Below, piece after piece: positions 1 through 13,416 of a stretch of DNA of 64,000 nucleotides; the stretch's first letter is position 1; each line of letters begins with the position of its first letter. The stretch comes from Myxococcales bacterium (GTDB lineage Bacteria > Myxococcota_A > Polyangia > Polyangiales > DASUME01). The notes under the pieces are model-generated. The model had not been told where the DNA came from. It ran no database searches and saw nothing but the letters and a program-made list of their open reading frames with translations. A program made the translations under genes and the position numbers. Location of the stretch: the NCBI GenBank assembly GCA_047601445.1, contig JASGJH010000001.1:1-64000 (forward strand), given 5' to 3'.

Positions 1-71
1 CTGTTTTTGTGCTTCGTTCGTACGTATTGCTAAGGTTAATAGGGAAACACGATAGAATCCGAACAGCACCT
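1..71 (+). other. Untrimmed Oxford Nanopore adapter plus native barcode (technical sequence)
   Basis: 1-31 resembles the ONT adapter (..CTTCGTTC..TACGTATTGCT). It is followed by flank AAGGTTAA (32-39), the 24-mer TAGGGAAACACGATAGAATCCGAA (40-63, recalled as NB04) and flank CAGCACCT (64-71). Confidence 0.93.
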
Positions 72-579
72 CCTGGACCAAGTTCGTGAACGACCGGCTG
101 GCCGAATTAACGGCCCAGGGGCACACGACTCGCGTTTGTGGATTCGTTTGGCACCAAGGAATCGACGATGCCATTCACGGCAAGCTCGCCGGCCAGTACG
201 AACACAACCTCAGCGATCTGATTGGCGTGCTGCGCAAACGTTATGCGGCCGAACAGACACCGTTCATCTTGGCGAGGAGCGTCAACTCGCGAATGGCGAA
301 GACCGCGGCCCGATCCTGATGGCACTTCCTCAATGGCCGCGGTTCGTAAAGCTCAAGTAAAAGTGGGCGAGTCGGTTCCTTACGCGGCGTGGATCGACGT
401 CGATGACCTGCCGAACGTCAACACGCACCATAAATTTCAGTGCCGACAGCCAATTGATCATTGGCCGACGCTTTGGCGAAGCATTTTTGAGCGTACAAAA
501 GAAAGCAGAAGTTGCCACAAGTCAGGAAAGCAAAGTGACCGGAGGAGACCGCCAATACCAATCGTCCGCGTGCTCGTGA
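72..579 (+). CDS. Sialate O-acetylesterase (SASA/SGNH) domain, 5'-truncated, frameshifted
   Basis: GFVWHQG.DD motif, PFI, AAVRKAQ, and DDLP...HH-F-ADSQ.IIGRRF across frames. Confidence 0.7.
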
Positions 580-1640
580 TTTGGGCATTTCGATTGAATA
601 CTGCCGACTGGTCCATTGAATGCCATTACCGATGTGCGTGGCGTTAGCGTCGGGCGGCGTATCGATCATCCGTGGAAACGACGTGCGAACCGGCGTCACT
701 GCGGTTGTGCCACACACCAACAACCTGTTTCAAAACAAAGTCCCGGCTGCTGTGCATGTGGCCAACGGATTCGGCAAATTCCTCGGCTCGACGCAAATTG
801 AAGAACTGGGCGTGCTCGAATCGCCGATCGTGTTGACGAACACGCTCAGCACATTTGCCGCCGCCGATGCAGTGGCTGCCTGGTGGCTGCGGCGGCCGGG
901 AAACGAGGAGGTGGTGGTGAATCCGGTTGTCGGCGAGTGCAACGATGGCTATTTGAACGATATTCGCGGCCAGCACGTGCAGGCTGGTGTGCTGCAAGCG
1001 ATTAGCGATGCCGAACCCGGCGCGGTAGAGGAGGGCTGCGTTGGTGCTGGCGTGGGAACTCGTTGCCTGGGTTGGGAGAAGGTGGCATGGGCGGCTACTC
1101 GTCACGAAAGCTGCCTGCGTCACTTGGCAGCTATACGGTCGGCGTGCTCGTGCAAACCAATTTCGATGGTTTGCTGACGATTGACGGCGCAGCCGGTCGG
1201 CCAGGAACTGGATAGCTTTTACCTAAAGGATTCCGTGGGGAAGCAAGAGCATGGCTCGTGCATCGTGGTGGTCGCCCACCGATTGCCCGCTCGATGCCCG
1301 CCAACTAAATCGACTGGCCAAACGCGCGACGCTCGGCCTCGGAGCGGTTGGTTCACCCATTACCCACGGCAGCGGCGATTATGTCCTTGCGTTCTCGACC
1401 GACGAGAACCAGAGCCGGCGTTTTGAGAGCAGCGAACCTATCGAAAAGATCGCCGTATTGCGCGACGATCGGCTGTCTCCCCTGTTTCAAGCCGTTCGCG
1501 AAGCCACCGAAGAAGCGGTTATCAACAGCCTACTCAAAGCAACCACTACCACCGGCCGCGACGGTCATACCGTCGAAGCGATCAACATCGAAGACGTGGT
1601 CAAAGCCTGCCGCAAATTCGGCGTGCTGCCCAAGCCATAG
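560..1640 (+). CDS. DmpA-like P1 family aminopeptidase (S58), frameshifted
   Basis: RARDLGI..., NAITDV.GV.VG, RTGVTAV, NGFGK..G..Q..ELG, NPVVGECND, EEG.VGAG.G, the G|S autoprocessing site (HGSCIVVV), HGSGD, EATEEAVINSL. Confidence 0.88.
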
Positions 1641-1652
1641 ACTTCTTGTCGA

Positions 1653-3148
1653 TTACGACGGTGGAATGGGCCGAGGAAGTTCGCGGCGCAATTGCTCGCT
1701 GAGTTGCTTGAGTAAAGCTGCTTTGTCTGGCTGCCCCGCGATGTTTTCGTTCTCCGCGTCGTCCGTCACGTGATCGTAGAGTTCTTGCGCGGCGATGTTC
1801 CCATTGGAACGGTCAAGCCACTCGACGTAACGATAGCGGTCGGTCCGCATCGAGTAGCCCATCAGCCGTTGTTCGCCTTGGCGACGCGGAAATTGACTGA
1901 ACGCGGCCGATTTGCCGGGCTGCGCACGGATCAGCCAACAAAGGAGCGATACTTTTTCCCTCCAGTTGCGGCTGAATCGGCAAACCAGCCAGATCACACA
2001 ACGTGGGATAAATATCGAGCAACTCGACCAGCCCCGCACACGGCTTGCCGTTCCCTTTCGCACCGGGAGCCCGCACGATGAACGGTACACGGGCGTCGAT
2101 TTCGTAGTTGGTTTGCTTGCACCAACTGGCGTGCTCTCCCAACTTCCAGCCGTGATCGGCCCAGAGGACGACGATTGTGTTCTCGCGCAAATTCAAGCGA
2201 TCAAGTTCGTCGAGCAGCCGACCGATTTGCGTATCAATGAACGTTGCCGAGGCGTAGTAACCATGCTTGAGGTGCCGCTGCTGCTCCTCCGTCAGCAAAG
2301 CGGGAGCTTCCTTGGTGTCGGCAAAGTCCATGTAAGCCCGCAACTCGTACATGCCAAACATGGCCATCGCTGGGGCGTTCTTGGGCAGAAACGGATTCGT
2401 CGCCAACCGTATTTTCGCCGGGTCATAAAGATCCCAATACCGCTTCGGAGCCGTGAACGGCAAATGAGGCTGAATGAAACCGACCGCCAGAAAGAACGGC
2501 TGTTTTTCTTGGCTTAGCTTATGCAAATGCTCGATCGCCAAGTTCCCCAGCGCTCCGTCGAATCGCCGCTCATCGGCGACATCTTCTCCTTCGGCAGCCA
2601 AGCCGCGGACCGAACCGTTGATCTGGGCCTCCGTTTTTCCTTCCGCGCGGGCCGCATCGCGGCGTACCTTGAGCTTGGCTTGCGTCTCGGCCGAATAAAG
2701 CTGGAACCCGGTCGGCTTCGGTTCAGGAATGCTCCACGAATCCGGGTCGGGAAATGTGTTGTGATAAATCTTTCCCATGCCGACAGATTGGTAGCCGTGC
2801 TGCTTGAAATATTGCGGCAGCGTGACCACGTCGGGAATGGTCGTTCGCAGCGGCGTCACCAAATCCCATACGCGCGTCGAATCGGGACGCAGGCCGGTGA
2901 GCAAGCTCGCGGGAAGCATTGCACACCGCCTGCTGGCAATAGGCCCGCTCGAACTTCACGCCGCTAGACGCCAGTCGATCGATATTTGGCGAGCGGATGT
3001 CGCTTACTCCGTAGCAACCCAGTTCTGGCCGCAGATCATCCACCGCGATGAACAGCACGTTGGGACGGCGGCTCGTTGCCTCTTGCGCCGTTGCCGGGCG
3101 GCTGATGATGATGCACAGCAGAGCAGTGAGCAGTCGGAAATGTCTCAT
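1653..3148 (-). CDS. Sulfatase (iduronate-2-sulfatase-like), frameshifted
   Basis: Signal peptide, [18 protein letters not shown] motif, GKIYH, PHLPF, DHG, ELYD; pieces 2723-3148, 1813-2919 and a C-terminal piece. Confidence 0.9.
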
Positions 3149-3195
3149 GATTGCAAATACTGAATGGACACGATCTTCGCGGCGCGTTTCGCAGG

Positions 3196-4551
3196 CTATG
3201 CCTTCTTCTTTTTGCCGCCCGCCTTGGCTCGCTTGGCTTTCTTCGCAGCCTTATCTTTCGCCGCCTGGGGGGAGTTCTGTTCAGTGTTCCAGGTGTTCCA
3301 CAACTTTTGGAGTTCCTGAACCTTCACTGGCTGCGCGGTTGCCAGATCGTTTTTCTCGCTGACGTCAGCGGCTAGGTCGAACAACTCCGGAGCGTCGTCA
3401 TTCGCCCTGCCATGCACTAGCTTCCAATCGCCATGACGAATGGCCCACATGCCGTCGATCCGCCAGTAGAGTGTTTGATGCGGACGAGCGGTGTTCTCGC
3501 CCGTGAGGTAGGGCAGCAAGTCGACGCCGTCGAGCTTCCACGTGGGATCGACCGTGCCGCCGGCTGCGGCGATGCACGTCGGCATCACGTCGAGTTGCAC
3601 GGCCGGTTGCTCGTACAGCTTTCCAGCCGGTAGATGCCCCTTCCACTGGGCAAGGAAAGGCAAGCGGATGCCACCTTCCCAAGTCGTGTGTTTTTGGCCC
3701 CTTAGCACGCCGTTGCCATCGATATGCCCCGGTGCTCCGTTATCGCTGATGAAGAAGATCAGCGTGTTCTCCTCCTGGCCGAGCGTGCGAATTTTATTCA
3801 GCACAACACCCACCGCGTCGTCCATCGCCGAGGTCATAGCAAACAACGTGCGATCTTTTTCACTGGCAACGTGAGCGAATCGCTGCAGATATTTTTCAGT
3901 GGCTTCGCGCGGGGCGTGAATCGCGTTGAACGGCAGGTACAGGAACCACGGGGTGTCTTTGTGCTTCTCGATCCAGTCGGCCGCACGAGCCCCAAACGCA
4001 TCGGTCGTGTAAAAGTTCGGGTCCGTGATCTGTTGCACGCTGGATGATACGCGAGAATCGATGAAGCCGCCGGGCTTGAAATACGAACCAGGATTGCCAG
4101 TGACGCCAAAATATTCGTCGAAACCGCGGCCATCGGCAAACGATCGGCGGCGTTGCCCAGGTGCCATTTGCCAACGGCCCCCGTGGCATAGCCGAGAGCC
4201 TTCATCCGATTGGCGAGAGTGGTTTCGGTCAGGGGCAAGCCGCCCCCCGGTGCCATCATGTTATTTTCGTGGCCGAATCGCGTTTGGTAGCGACCGGTCA
4301 TCAGCCCCGCCCGCGATGGCGAGCAGAGCGGGGCCGACACGTAACCTTGCGTCAACCGCACGCCTCCAGTCGCGAGCGAATCGATGTTCGGTGTGGGCAC
4401 ATGCTTGCCGCCGTAGCAGCTCAGCTCGTTGTAGCCGAGATCGTCGGCGTACATGAGCAGCACGTTCGGCTTGTTGGCCGCACGAGCTGGCATGGGAAAA
4501 AGACCACAGACTACGCGCGCTTAGAATAAGCGTTGAGACAAGCCGCTTCAT
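3196..4551 (-). CDS. Arylsulfatase-like sulfatase, frameshifted
   Basis: [41 protein letters not shown]. Confidence 0.9.
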
Positions 4552-4663
4552 TACGGAATCCAATACTTTGAAAGTCGGGAGAGGCAAACGAACGAGCATC
4601 CGGCGCAGCATTCGCGAGTATTTTCGCAAAACCGCCCAGCGATAGATGCGCGCGAGGGGCAAG

Positions 4664-6681
4664 TTATTTGCTATCAAACTCCCACCGCTGGGCTTTGCCG
4701 TTCTGCGGCTGAAGCTCGACCCAGTCGAGTTCCAGCGGTGCGACGGTGGCCGGAAGGTGGAGCCGCACGACACCGAGCGGTCCTTTGACGGGGAGCGTAA
4801 CGGCCAGTTCTTGCCAATTTCCTTTGCCAACATCGAATGCAACGGCTTGAGCACCCGTCGGGTCGGCCGCGCCGCCGGGGAAGCATTCCACCTTGCCTGC
4901 GCCGCCAGCCGCGGAACGGGCGCGAAGCTTGATTTCTGCCGGGCCGGCGGTCTTGCCCATGGCGTGCCCTAAAAACGCCCCCCCTGCCCTGCTCTTACTG
5001 GTCATCGTCAGTACGCCATTGGCAACGACTGCTTCACATAGGCGGGCCTTCCAACCTTCGAGCGGATCGGCGCCAGCCGTCGCAGTGGGATTGGCTGGTC
5101 TGACGGCTGTTGCCGTGAAGGCAGGATTCGGTCGCGGATAGGTTGCGCCGGTGTCAGCCAGAAAGTCATCGATGAGCTTGTCGAGTTCGGCCGCACGTGC
5201 CGGCTGCGCTGCTGCCAAATTGTTCCGCTCCCCCAGGTCGTCGCGCAAGTTGTAAAGCTCCAGCCGCTGTGGATCGTTAGCAGGAACGCCGAACCAACGG
5301 AGGAGCTTCCAATCGCCCGAGCGAACCCACACGCCGCCAGCGCGACCGACACTTTGGCCATGCGGGAAGTAATTGAAAAACGCCTGGCGATTGAGCGTGC
5401 CGGTTTGTTTGAGCACGGCAGCATAGCTGACACCATCGATCTTTTGCTGCGACGGTTGCGGCACGCCAACCAGATCAACGAGCGTCGGGTAGAGATCGAT
5501 ATGCCCAACGATCGAACCGTTGATGGTTCCCGCGGGAATGCGCCCGGCCACGACCACATCAGCGGGACTCGCGTCCCCCCTTCATAGAGCGTTCCCTTGC
5601 CGTCGCGGAGCGGTGTGTTGTTGGTCGGCGGATGCGTCCCAGCCCACTTGCGCCAGTCGGCCAGTTGTGGCGACTCCCCCTTCTTCTTTTTGGCAGCGTC
5701 CTCGGCCGTGTTGCTATGCACGTTGCCGCCGTTGTCGGAGTTGAAGACGACGATCGTGTTGTCGGCAAGGCCGTTGCGGTCGAGAGTCTCGAGGATGCGG
5801 CCAAAGCATTCATCGACGCTCTTCAGCATCGAGGCCATGATTGGATTCCCCTGCTCGCCGCGCGGGTCTTTCTTCGCCGCGAAGGCTCGCGTGTACGCTT
5901 CCTTGTGCCCCCACGGACCATGCACCCCGTAGTTCCACAGGTTCAGGAAAAACGGCCGGTCGCGATTCGACTCGATAAACTTGACCGCTTCGTCCGCCAA
6001 CCGATCGACGATGTATTCGCCGGCCGGACCGTCGGTGATCGTGCCGACGCGGGCTTGCCCCCGCGGCTCGCCATCGGCCTTCACGCCGTAGGGCGAAAAA
6101 TAATTCCCCGGCGGACCTGGATCGGGGTGGCAATGAAACGCCACGTCAAAGCCCTGCCGCTCAGGCCAATATTCACGTGTCAGCCCCAAGTGCCACTTGC
6201 CGATATGCGCCGTGCGGTAGCCGGCGTCGTGCAGAGCCTCGGCCAGCGTAGTTTCACTCGGCTCCAAATAGTTCTTGCTCTCCGGCGTCAGCATCGGCTG
6301 CGTCGGCGGACCACTATCGGGCAAAAACTTATATCCCGCTGGTTGCGGCGGCTGATGCCCCGAGGCACTCGTGATGCCGTGCCTTGCCGAGTATTTACCC
6401 GAAAGCAAACTGGCCCGCGTCGGCGAACAAAGGGGCTGCGCATAAGCATCGGTAAACCGCATCGCCCGCGTCGCAAACCGATCGATATTCGGCGTTTCGT
6501 AATATTTTGAGCCGTAAGCTCCACAGTCCATCCAACCCATGTCATCGACGAGGAAGACGATGATGTTGGGACGTTTGGCGGGCGGCTTGCTGCTTGGCTC
6601 TTGAGCTGGTAAGGCCGACCCAGCAGCAAAAGCAGCGGCGACAAGACAAGCGAACCGACATGATTGGCCGAATGTATTCAT
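4664..6681 (-). CDS. Sulfatase with an extra C-terminal beta-sandwich-like domain, frameshifted
   Basis: [43 protein letters not shown]; ~130-aa C-terminal extension. Confidence 0.9.
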
Positions 6682-6722
6682 GACAGGAAAATACGAATTG
6701 CGATGAGGACAGCAGAGTCGAG

Positions 6723-8106
6723 TTACTTGCTGACGACATGCTCACCGGCGGGGCGTTGATTCTTCTTAATCTCGGCTTCTCGCTCAGCGGCGAGGGCTTT
6801 GAGCCGCGTGACGATGTCAGGATGTTCGGCGGCCATGTTCTTGGTCTCAGCGGCATCCTCCACGACGTTAAAGAGGCCAATGATCGCCGCGGCCTTCCCT
6901 TTCTTCTCGGTGTTCGCTTTGGCCTTGGCTTTTTGGGCCGCGTCAGCGGGCATCGTCAAAAACAGCTTCCAAGGGCCGGAGCGAATCGCTTGCAATTGGC
7001 CGCCGCCGTTGAAATAGAGATGCGTATCGCGCACGGGGCCGGACTTGGGATCGAACATCAAGGAGGAAATATCGCGGCCGTCGATCACACGATCGGTCGG
7101 CGGCTGAGCGCCGACCAGCTTGGCCAGCGTCGGGAGCATGTCAATATTTCCAACAATTTCGTTACACACGGTTCCTTGTGGAATTTTGTTAGGCCAACGC
7201 ATCATGCATGGCTCGCGAACCCCTCCTTCAAAGGTCGTTCCTTTATTGCCACGCAGGTTTGCCGCCGTGCGCCGAGCTGGGCCGTTGTCGGAGGTAAAGA
7301 TCACGAGCGTCTGCTCGTCGAGCTTTTCGCTCTTCAGCGTCTGCATAATCTGCCCGACCGACCAATCGATCTCCTCGATCGTGTCGCCGATCAGTCCCAT
7401 CTGGCTTTTGTCCTTGAAATCGGCTGAAGCGGCGAGCGGAAAGTGAATCATCGTGTGGGGCAAATACACAAAGAACGGTTGCTCGCGGTGTTCGCGAATG
7501 AACTTGATCGCTTCTTCGGTATAACGGCGGGTGAGTTGCGATTGATCGGGTTCGGTTTCGATCGTCGTCTCGCCGCGAATCAGCGGCAGCGGCGGATAAT
7601 CGGGGCGCTCCGGCTTTGTTCCCATGTCGTTGCTATAGGGGATGCCGAAATAGTGATCGAATCCTTGCCGCGTCGGTAGGAACTCGGGGTAGTGCCCCAA
7701 ATGCCACTTGCCGATGGCGCAGGTGGCGTAGGCTTTTTGCTTGACGATCTCGGCTGAGCGTGACTTCGTTCGTGTGCAGGCCAATTTTGTCATAGGGAAA
7801 GAGTACCCCAGGAATCGAGACGCGGACGTTGTAGCAGCCGGTCATTAGGCAAGCTCGCGACATCGAGCAGACGGGAGTCGCATAGAAGCTCGTGAACTTC
7901 AGCCCCTCGGTCGCGAACTTATCCAGATGAGGCGTGCGAACTTTGTCGTTGCCGAACGGGCCAATGTCGCCATAGCCCATATCATCCACAAAGATGAGGA
8001 CGATATTCGGCGGGCGTGTCTCGGCGGCATCAATAGATGCGGCAAAGAAAAGCACTGCCGTCGCCAGCCAAGCGATTCGAACAAAGCACACCACCATTGA
8101 TTGCAC
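6723..8106 (-). CDS. Arylsulfatase A-like sulfatase, frameshifted
   Basis: PPNIVLIFVDDMGYGD, CSMSR, GKWHLG, PYSNDM, SDNGP, FEGGVREP. Confidence 0.9.
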
Positions 8107-8115
8107 TCTCCTAGA

Positions 8116-9654
<1,539 letters not shown>

Positions 9655-9742
9655 GGAAGAGTTCTCCTTCGCTTGAGCACGAATCACAGCGGCAGCGCAG
9701 CCGCGAGAGCAATGCGTAGCATACACCACCCACGCGAGCCCG

Positions 9743-10291
9743 CTACGGTTTGGGAATGTCGAAGTTAATCGGATTCATCCCGGCTTTTACTTCGGCGGTC
9801 AGCGGCGATTGCTCGATGGTCGAATACTTTTCGGGAACCAGCCACGTCACTTTGCCTGGCACAAGAATTTTGGCGGCGGAGTTGCTAGAAGATCCGCGCA
9901 GCTCATCGTCAAGCGTCTTGGGTGCTTCCATCGAGCCAGCACCCACGCTGGTGGAATGAATGGCCACTTTGTGGGTGCCGATCACTGCGCCGTCCCCCGG
10001 CTTGTGCGTGCTCATCGTGTAGCTGCCATCAGGGCCGATCGATCCCGTCGCGCCGGGCCCCTCGGCCGGATAGAACATGATCGTGCCACTGGTGACCGGC
10101 TTGCCATTGACGGTCACTTTGCCTTGCACTTTGCCCATGCCCCGGCCGCCGCAGCCAGCGATCAAAACCAAGAGGATGCAGGTGACGAATGGGTGCCACT
10201 GGCATCCTGCCAGTGTTTGATTTCTCCAAGAACCTAAACGATGCAATTGCGGCCTCCACCACGTCTTTTCAATCAAGTTTGCCTTACTCAT
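9743..10291 (-). CDS. DUF1559-associated small lipoprotein (carboxypeptidase-regulatory-like fold)
   Basis: Lipobox LIAGC, V.GKVT.NGKP...G.I.F.P, DGSY, GA..G.HKV, VPEKY...SPL..EV..G.N..NFD; lies downstream of DUF1559. Start uncertain. Confidence 0.8.
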   Translation of the reverse strand: MSKANLIEKTWWRPQLHRLGSWRNQTLAGCQWHPFVTCILLVLIAGCGGRGMGKVQGKVTVNGKPVTSGTIMFYPAEGPGATGSIGPDGSYTMSTHKPGDGAVIGTHKVAIHSTSVGAGSMEAPKTLDDELRGSSSNSAAKILVPGKVTWLVPEKYSTIEQSPLTAEVKAGMNPINFDIPKP

Positions 10292-10401
10292 GAACAAAAC
10301 TTCTTCGATACACTCTCGTGGAATGAACGGGTCAGATGATGCTTTGACGATGCAGCCCTAATTGCTTCGTAAAACACTCTGGCGACACGCCAGTGCCACC
10401 C
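10191..10401. repeat. Inverted pair of REP-like palindromes
   Basis: GGGTGC-CACTGGCA-TCC-TGCCAGTG at 10191-10215 and an inverted degenerate copy ending CCAGTGCCACCC at 10401. Confidence 0.6.
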
Positions 10402-10426
10402 AAAATCTCACTGCGATACATCAGCC

Positions 10427-10562
10427 GTAGGGTGGGACTAGCAAACCGCATTTTAGGTGGGCCGGCGCTCGCGAGAATATGATTATTTAATGCCAAGAAA
10501 ACAGTGAGTTGATTGGTTTGCGACGACCCACCTGATATTCGCGCGAGCTTGTCCCACCCTAC
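10427..10562. repeat. REPIN-like element (GTAG-type)
   Basis: Terminal inverted repeats GTAGGGTGGGAC (10427) and GTCCCACCCTAC (ending 10562), with further internal inverted segments. Confidence 0.7.
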
Positions 10563-10576
10563 TCAAGACCCAAGTC

Positions 10577-11479
10577 CTAATTCGCATCCACCGTCTCACC
10601 ACTATCGCAGCTTGCCAGCCCCTGAAACGATGTCATCGAAAGATTTTGATTGAGAAAGCCGACGTGACCATCGGCATACGCAAAACTGGCTCCGCCGGGG
10701 TGTTGGCTGCCGAAGGGAATGTCGTTTTCGCTGTCCATCAGCATCGGCACGATCGAGTTGATCGGAAACTTGGTGTTCCGCATGTCGCGGCCGTACGATT
10801 GATCGGTGATGAGGCAATTCGGCTTGAGGCACGAGCTGCCGACGATCCACCCCACCGGGCCGCCGATCTCTTGAATGCCGTAGCCTGGGCCCAGGCCCCA
10901 TCGCATCGGGTGCGAAGCTTCGCCGATGGCCAACGTGTTGGATGTACCGTCGGTAACTTCCGCTAAACGCCGCGGGAACTGCATCTTGAACACGCCGTCT
11001 TGATAAACGTCGCCACGCCAGCCGTGGCTTAGCCGCGTGCGGCCGCCGGCAAGGCCAAAGTAGTTCCGCCGGTTGGGATACAAAATCCATTTGCCGTCGC
11101 TGGGGCAAGAATACAAAGCCATGGTCATGTTGCCGAGCGTGTTCGTGTGGTACGTCGTGTTCCAGCCTGCCTTCAGATCGTACTGGTTGAACGTATTGCC
11201 TTGCTCGACATAGGGAAGCAGCAAGGTCCAGAGCGAATTGCCCCGGCAGTCTCCCGCCGTGCAATGGATCGTGACATCAATCTCCATTCCGGGGGGCAAT
11301 GTTTTTTTGGAATCCTCAAAATTGAACATCGCCAGCCCGACCTGCCGCAGCTGATTCTGGCACTTGGTGCGGCGAGAAGCCTCGCGAGCCGACTGCACCG
11401 CCGGCAAGAGCAATGCCACCAACACGCCGATGATCGCGATGACCACCAACAACTCGACCAACGTAAACGCTTTGCGCAT
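10577..11479 (-). CDS. DUF1559 (SBP_bac_10) prepilin-type protein
   Basis: AFTLVELLVVIAIIGVLVALLLPAVQSAREASRR..C.N, CPSD, DGTSNT, and C-terminal H-X9-DG (SQHPGGASFAYADGHV). Confidence 0.95.
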   Translation of the reverse strand: MRKAFTLVELLVVIAIIGVLVALLLPAVQSAREASRRTKCQNQLRQVGLAMFNFEDSKKTLPPGMEIDVTIHCTAGDCRGNSLWTLLLPYVEQGNTFNQYDLKAGWNTTYHTNTLGNMTMALYSCPSDGKWILYPNRRNYFGLAGGRTRLSHGWRGDVYQDGVFKMQFPRRLAEVTDGTSNTLAIGEASHPMRWGLGPGYGIQEIGGPVGWIVGSSCLKPNCLITDQSYGRDMRNTKFPINSIVPMLMDSENDIPFGSQHPGGASFAYADGHVGFLNQNLSMTSFQGLASCDSGETVDAN

Positions 11480-11828
11480 GAGACAACGCCTTGCGGCGGA
11501 GGGGAGAGGAAACAAGGAGGGCTAAACCGATGAAACCACCGAACGGCGTCGGCGTTTCGCAGCCGTCATAGTGGAATCTTCAGCGGCCGCCTTGTAAAGC
11601 CAAATCGCCGGGTATTTGAATCAAAAATCGCCTGCGATTTGCGTCTCCCTGACCGCCATTTCTCTTCGCATACGGTTCAGTTGCATCGATCGCACAGCTT
11701 ACGCAGCCGGCAAAACCGCGAAAACCGCTCAGCCCCGGCAACATTGCTGGCCTGACTTCGGCTGATACGCTATAAACTCTCATTCTGCCAAACCTTGCGC
11801 CGATTTTGAGCTGCCGGAGATTTCTCGC

Positions 11829-13335
11829 GTGAACATCGTCTTCGCCACTAGCGAAGTGGCTCCTTTTGCCAAGACGGGGGGGCTGGCCGATGTGTGCGGC
11901 GCTTTGCCGGTCGATCTGCGCCGCGCGGGGCACAATGTCGCGGTCATCATGCCGGCCTATCGACAGGTCAAAGCATCCGGACAGTCGCTGGAACCGCTGG
12001 GGGTGAAGTTCGATATTCCGATCGGCAACAAAATCGTCCGCGGTCGATTGCTTCGCGGCACCCTGCCCGATTCCGATGTGCCGATCTTTTTCGTCGAGCA
12101 AGACGATTACTTCGACCGGCCTGAGCTCTATCGTCAAAAGGGCGAAGATTACAAAGACAACTGCGAAAGGTTCACGTTTTTCTGTCGGGCGGCGCTCGAA
12201 TCGATTCGCCTGCTGCACCTACAGGTCGATGTGATGCACTGCCACGATTGGCAGACGTCGCTGATTCCTGCTTACCTGCACATCGAATATGCCCATACCC
12301 ACGGCTACGAGCAGATCGCCTCGCTGCTGACGATCCACAACATGGCCTACCAGGGGATCTTCTGGCATTGGGACATGCTGCTGACCGGGCTCGATTGGCG
12401 CTATTTCAACCTCCACCAGATGGAGTTTTACGGCAAGCTCAACCTGCTGAAGACCGGCATTGCCTTCGCCGATTGGATCACCACCGTCAGCCCGACCTAT
12501 TCGCAAGAGATTCAGACCGATGCGTTTGGTTGCGGCCTCGAAGGGGCGATTCGCAACCGCAGCGAAGAGCTAACGGGAATCGTAAACGGCGTTGACTATA
12601 GCATTTGGAATCCAGCGACCGATCCGCACCTCTCCCCCTGGCCCGGAACAGCCACGAACGAGCGGGCCAACTTCGACGTGACAAATTGGCAAGCCGGCAA
12701 GGCCGCCTGCAAAGCGGCTCTGCAGGCGCGAGCTGGGGCTCCCCGAATCGCCCCGCACGCCGCTCATCGCTCAGGTCGGCCGCCTGTCGGAGCAAAAAGG
12801 CTGGGATTTGGTCATTGAAGTGCTCCGCCGCTGGGCTTCAGAAATGGACGTGCAGTGGGCCATTCTGGGAACCGGCGAACCGTATTATCACGATGTGCTG
12901 GGGCAGCTCAGCCGCGAGTTTCCGCATCGCGTGGCTGCCAAGCTGGAATTCAGCGATCCTTTGGCCCATCGGATTGAAGCAGGAGCTGATATTTTCCTGA
13001 TGCCCAGCCGTTATGAACCGTGTGGCCTGAACCAGCTTTATAGCCTGAAGTACGGCACCGTACCCGTGGTGCGGACGACCGGTGGATTGGTCGATACGGT
13101 GACCGATTGCACCCCGGAAACGCTCAATCACCGCACTGCCACCGGCTTCTCGTTCGAGGCTCAAAACGCCAGTGTTTTGGAATCTACGCTCCGCCGGGCG
13201 GTTGAGACCTATTGGCAAAACGAGGGGACTTGGCGACAACTGGTAGAGACAGGGATGCAGCAGGATTGGTCGTGGACGGCCAGCGCCCAGCGTTACGTCG
13301 AAGTTTACGCCAGCGCTCTGCCGCCGCCACCATGA
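11829..13335 (+). CDS. glgA: Glycogen synthase (GT5), one frameshift near 12730
   Basis: KTGGLADV, HCHDWQT, TIHNMAYQG, TTVSPTY, MPSRYEPCGLNQLY, TGGLVDTV. Confidence 0.95.
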
Positions 13336-13416
13336 AGATCGCCAGCGGCTGATGCACCGGTAGCCCACTGATGCGTCGGCCCGAATCAAGGTCGCACGCC
13401 CATCAGCGCGGGTTCC

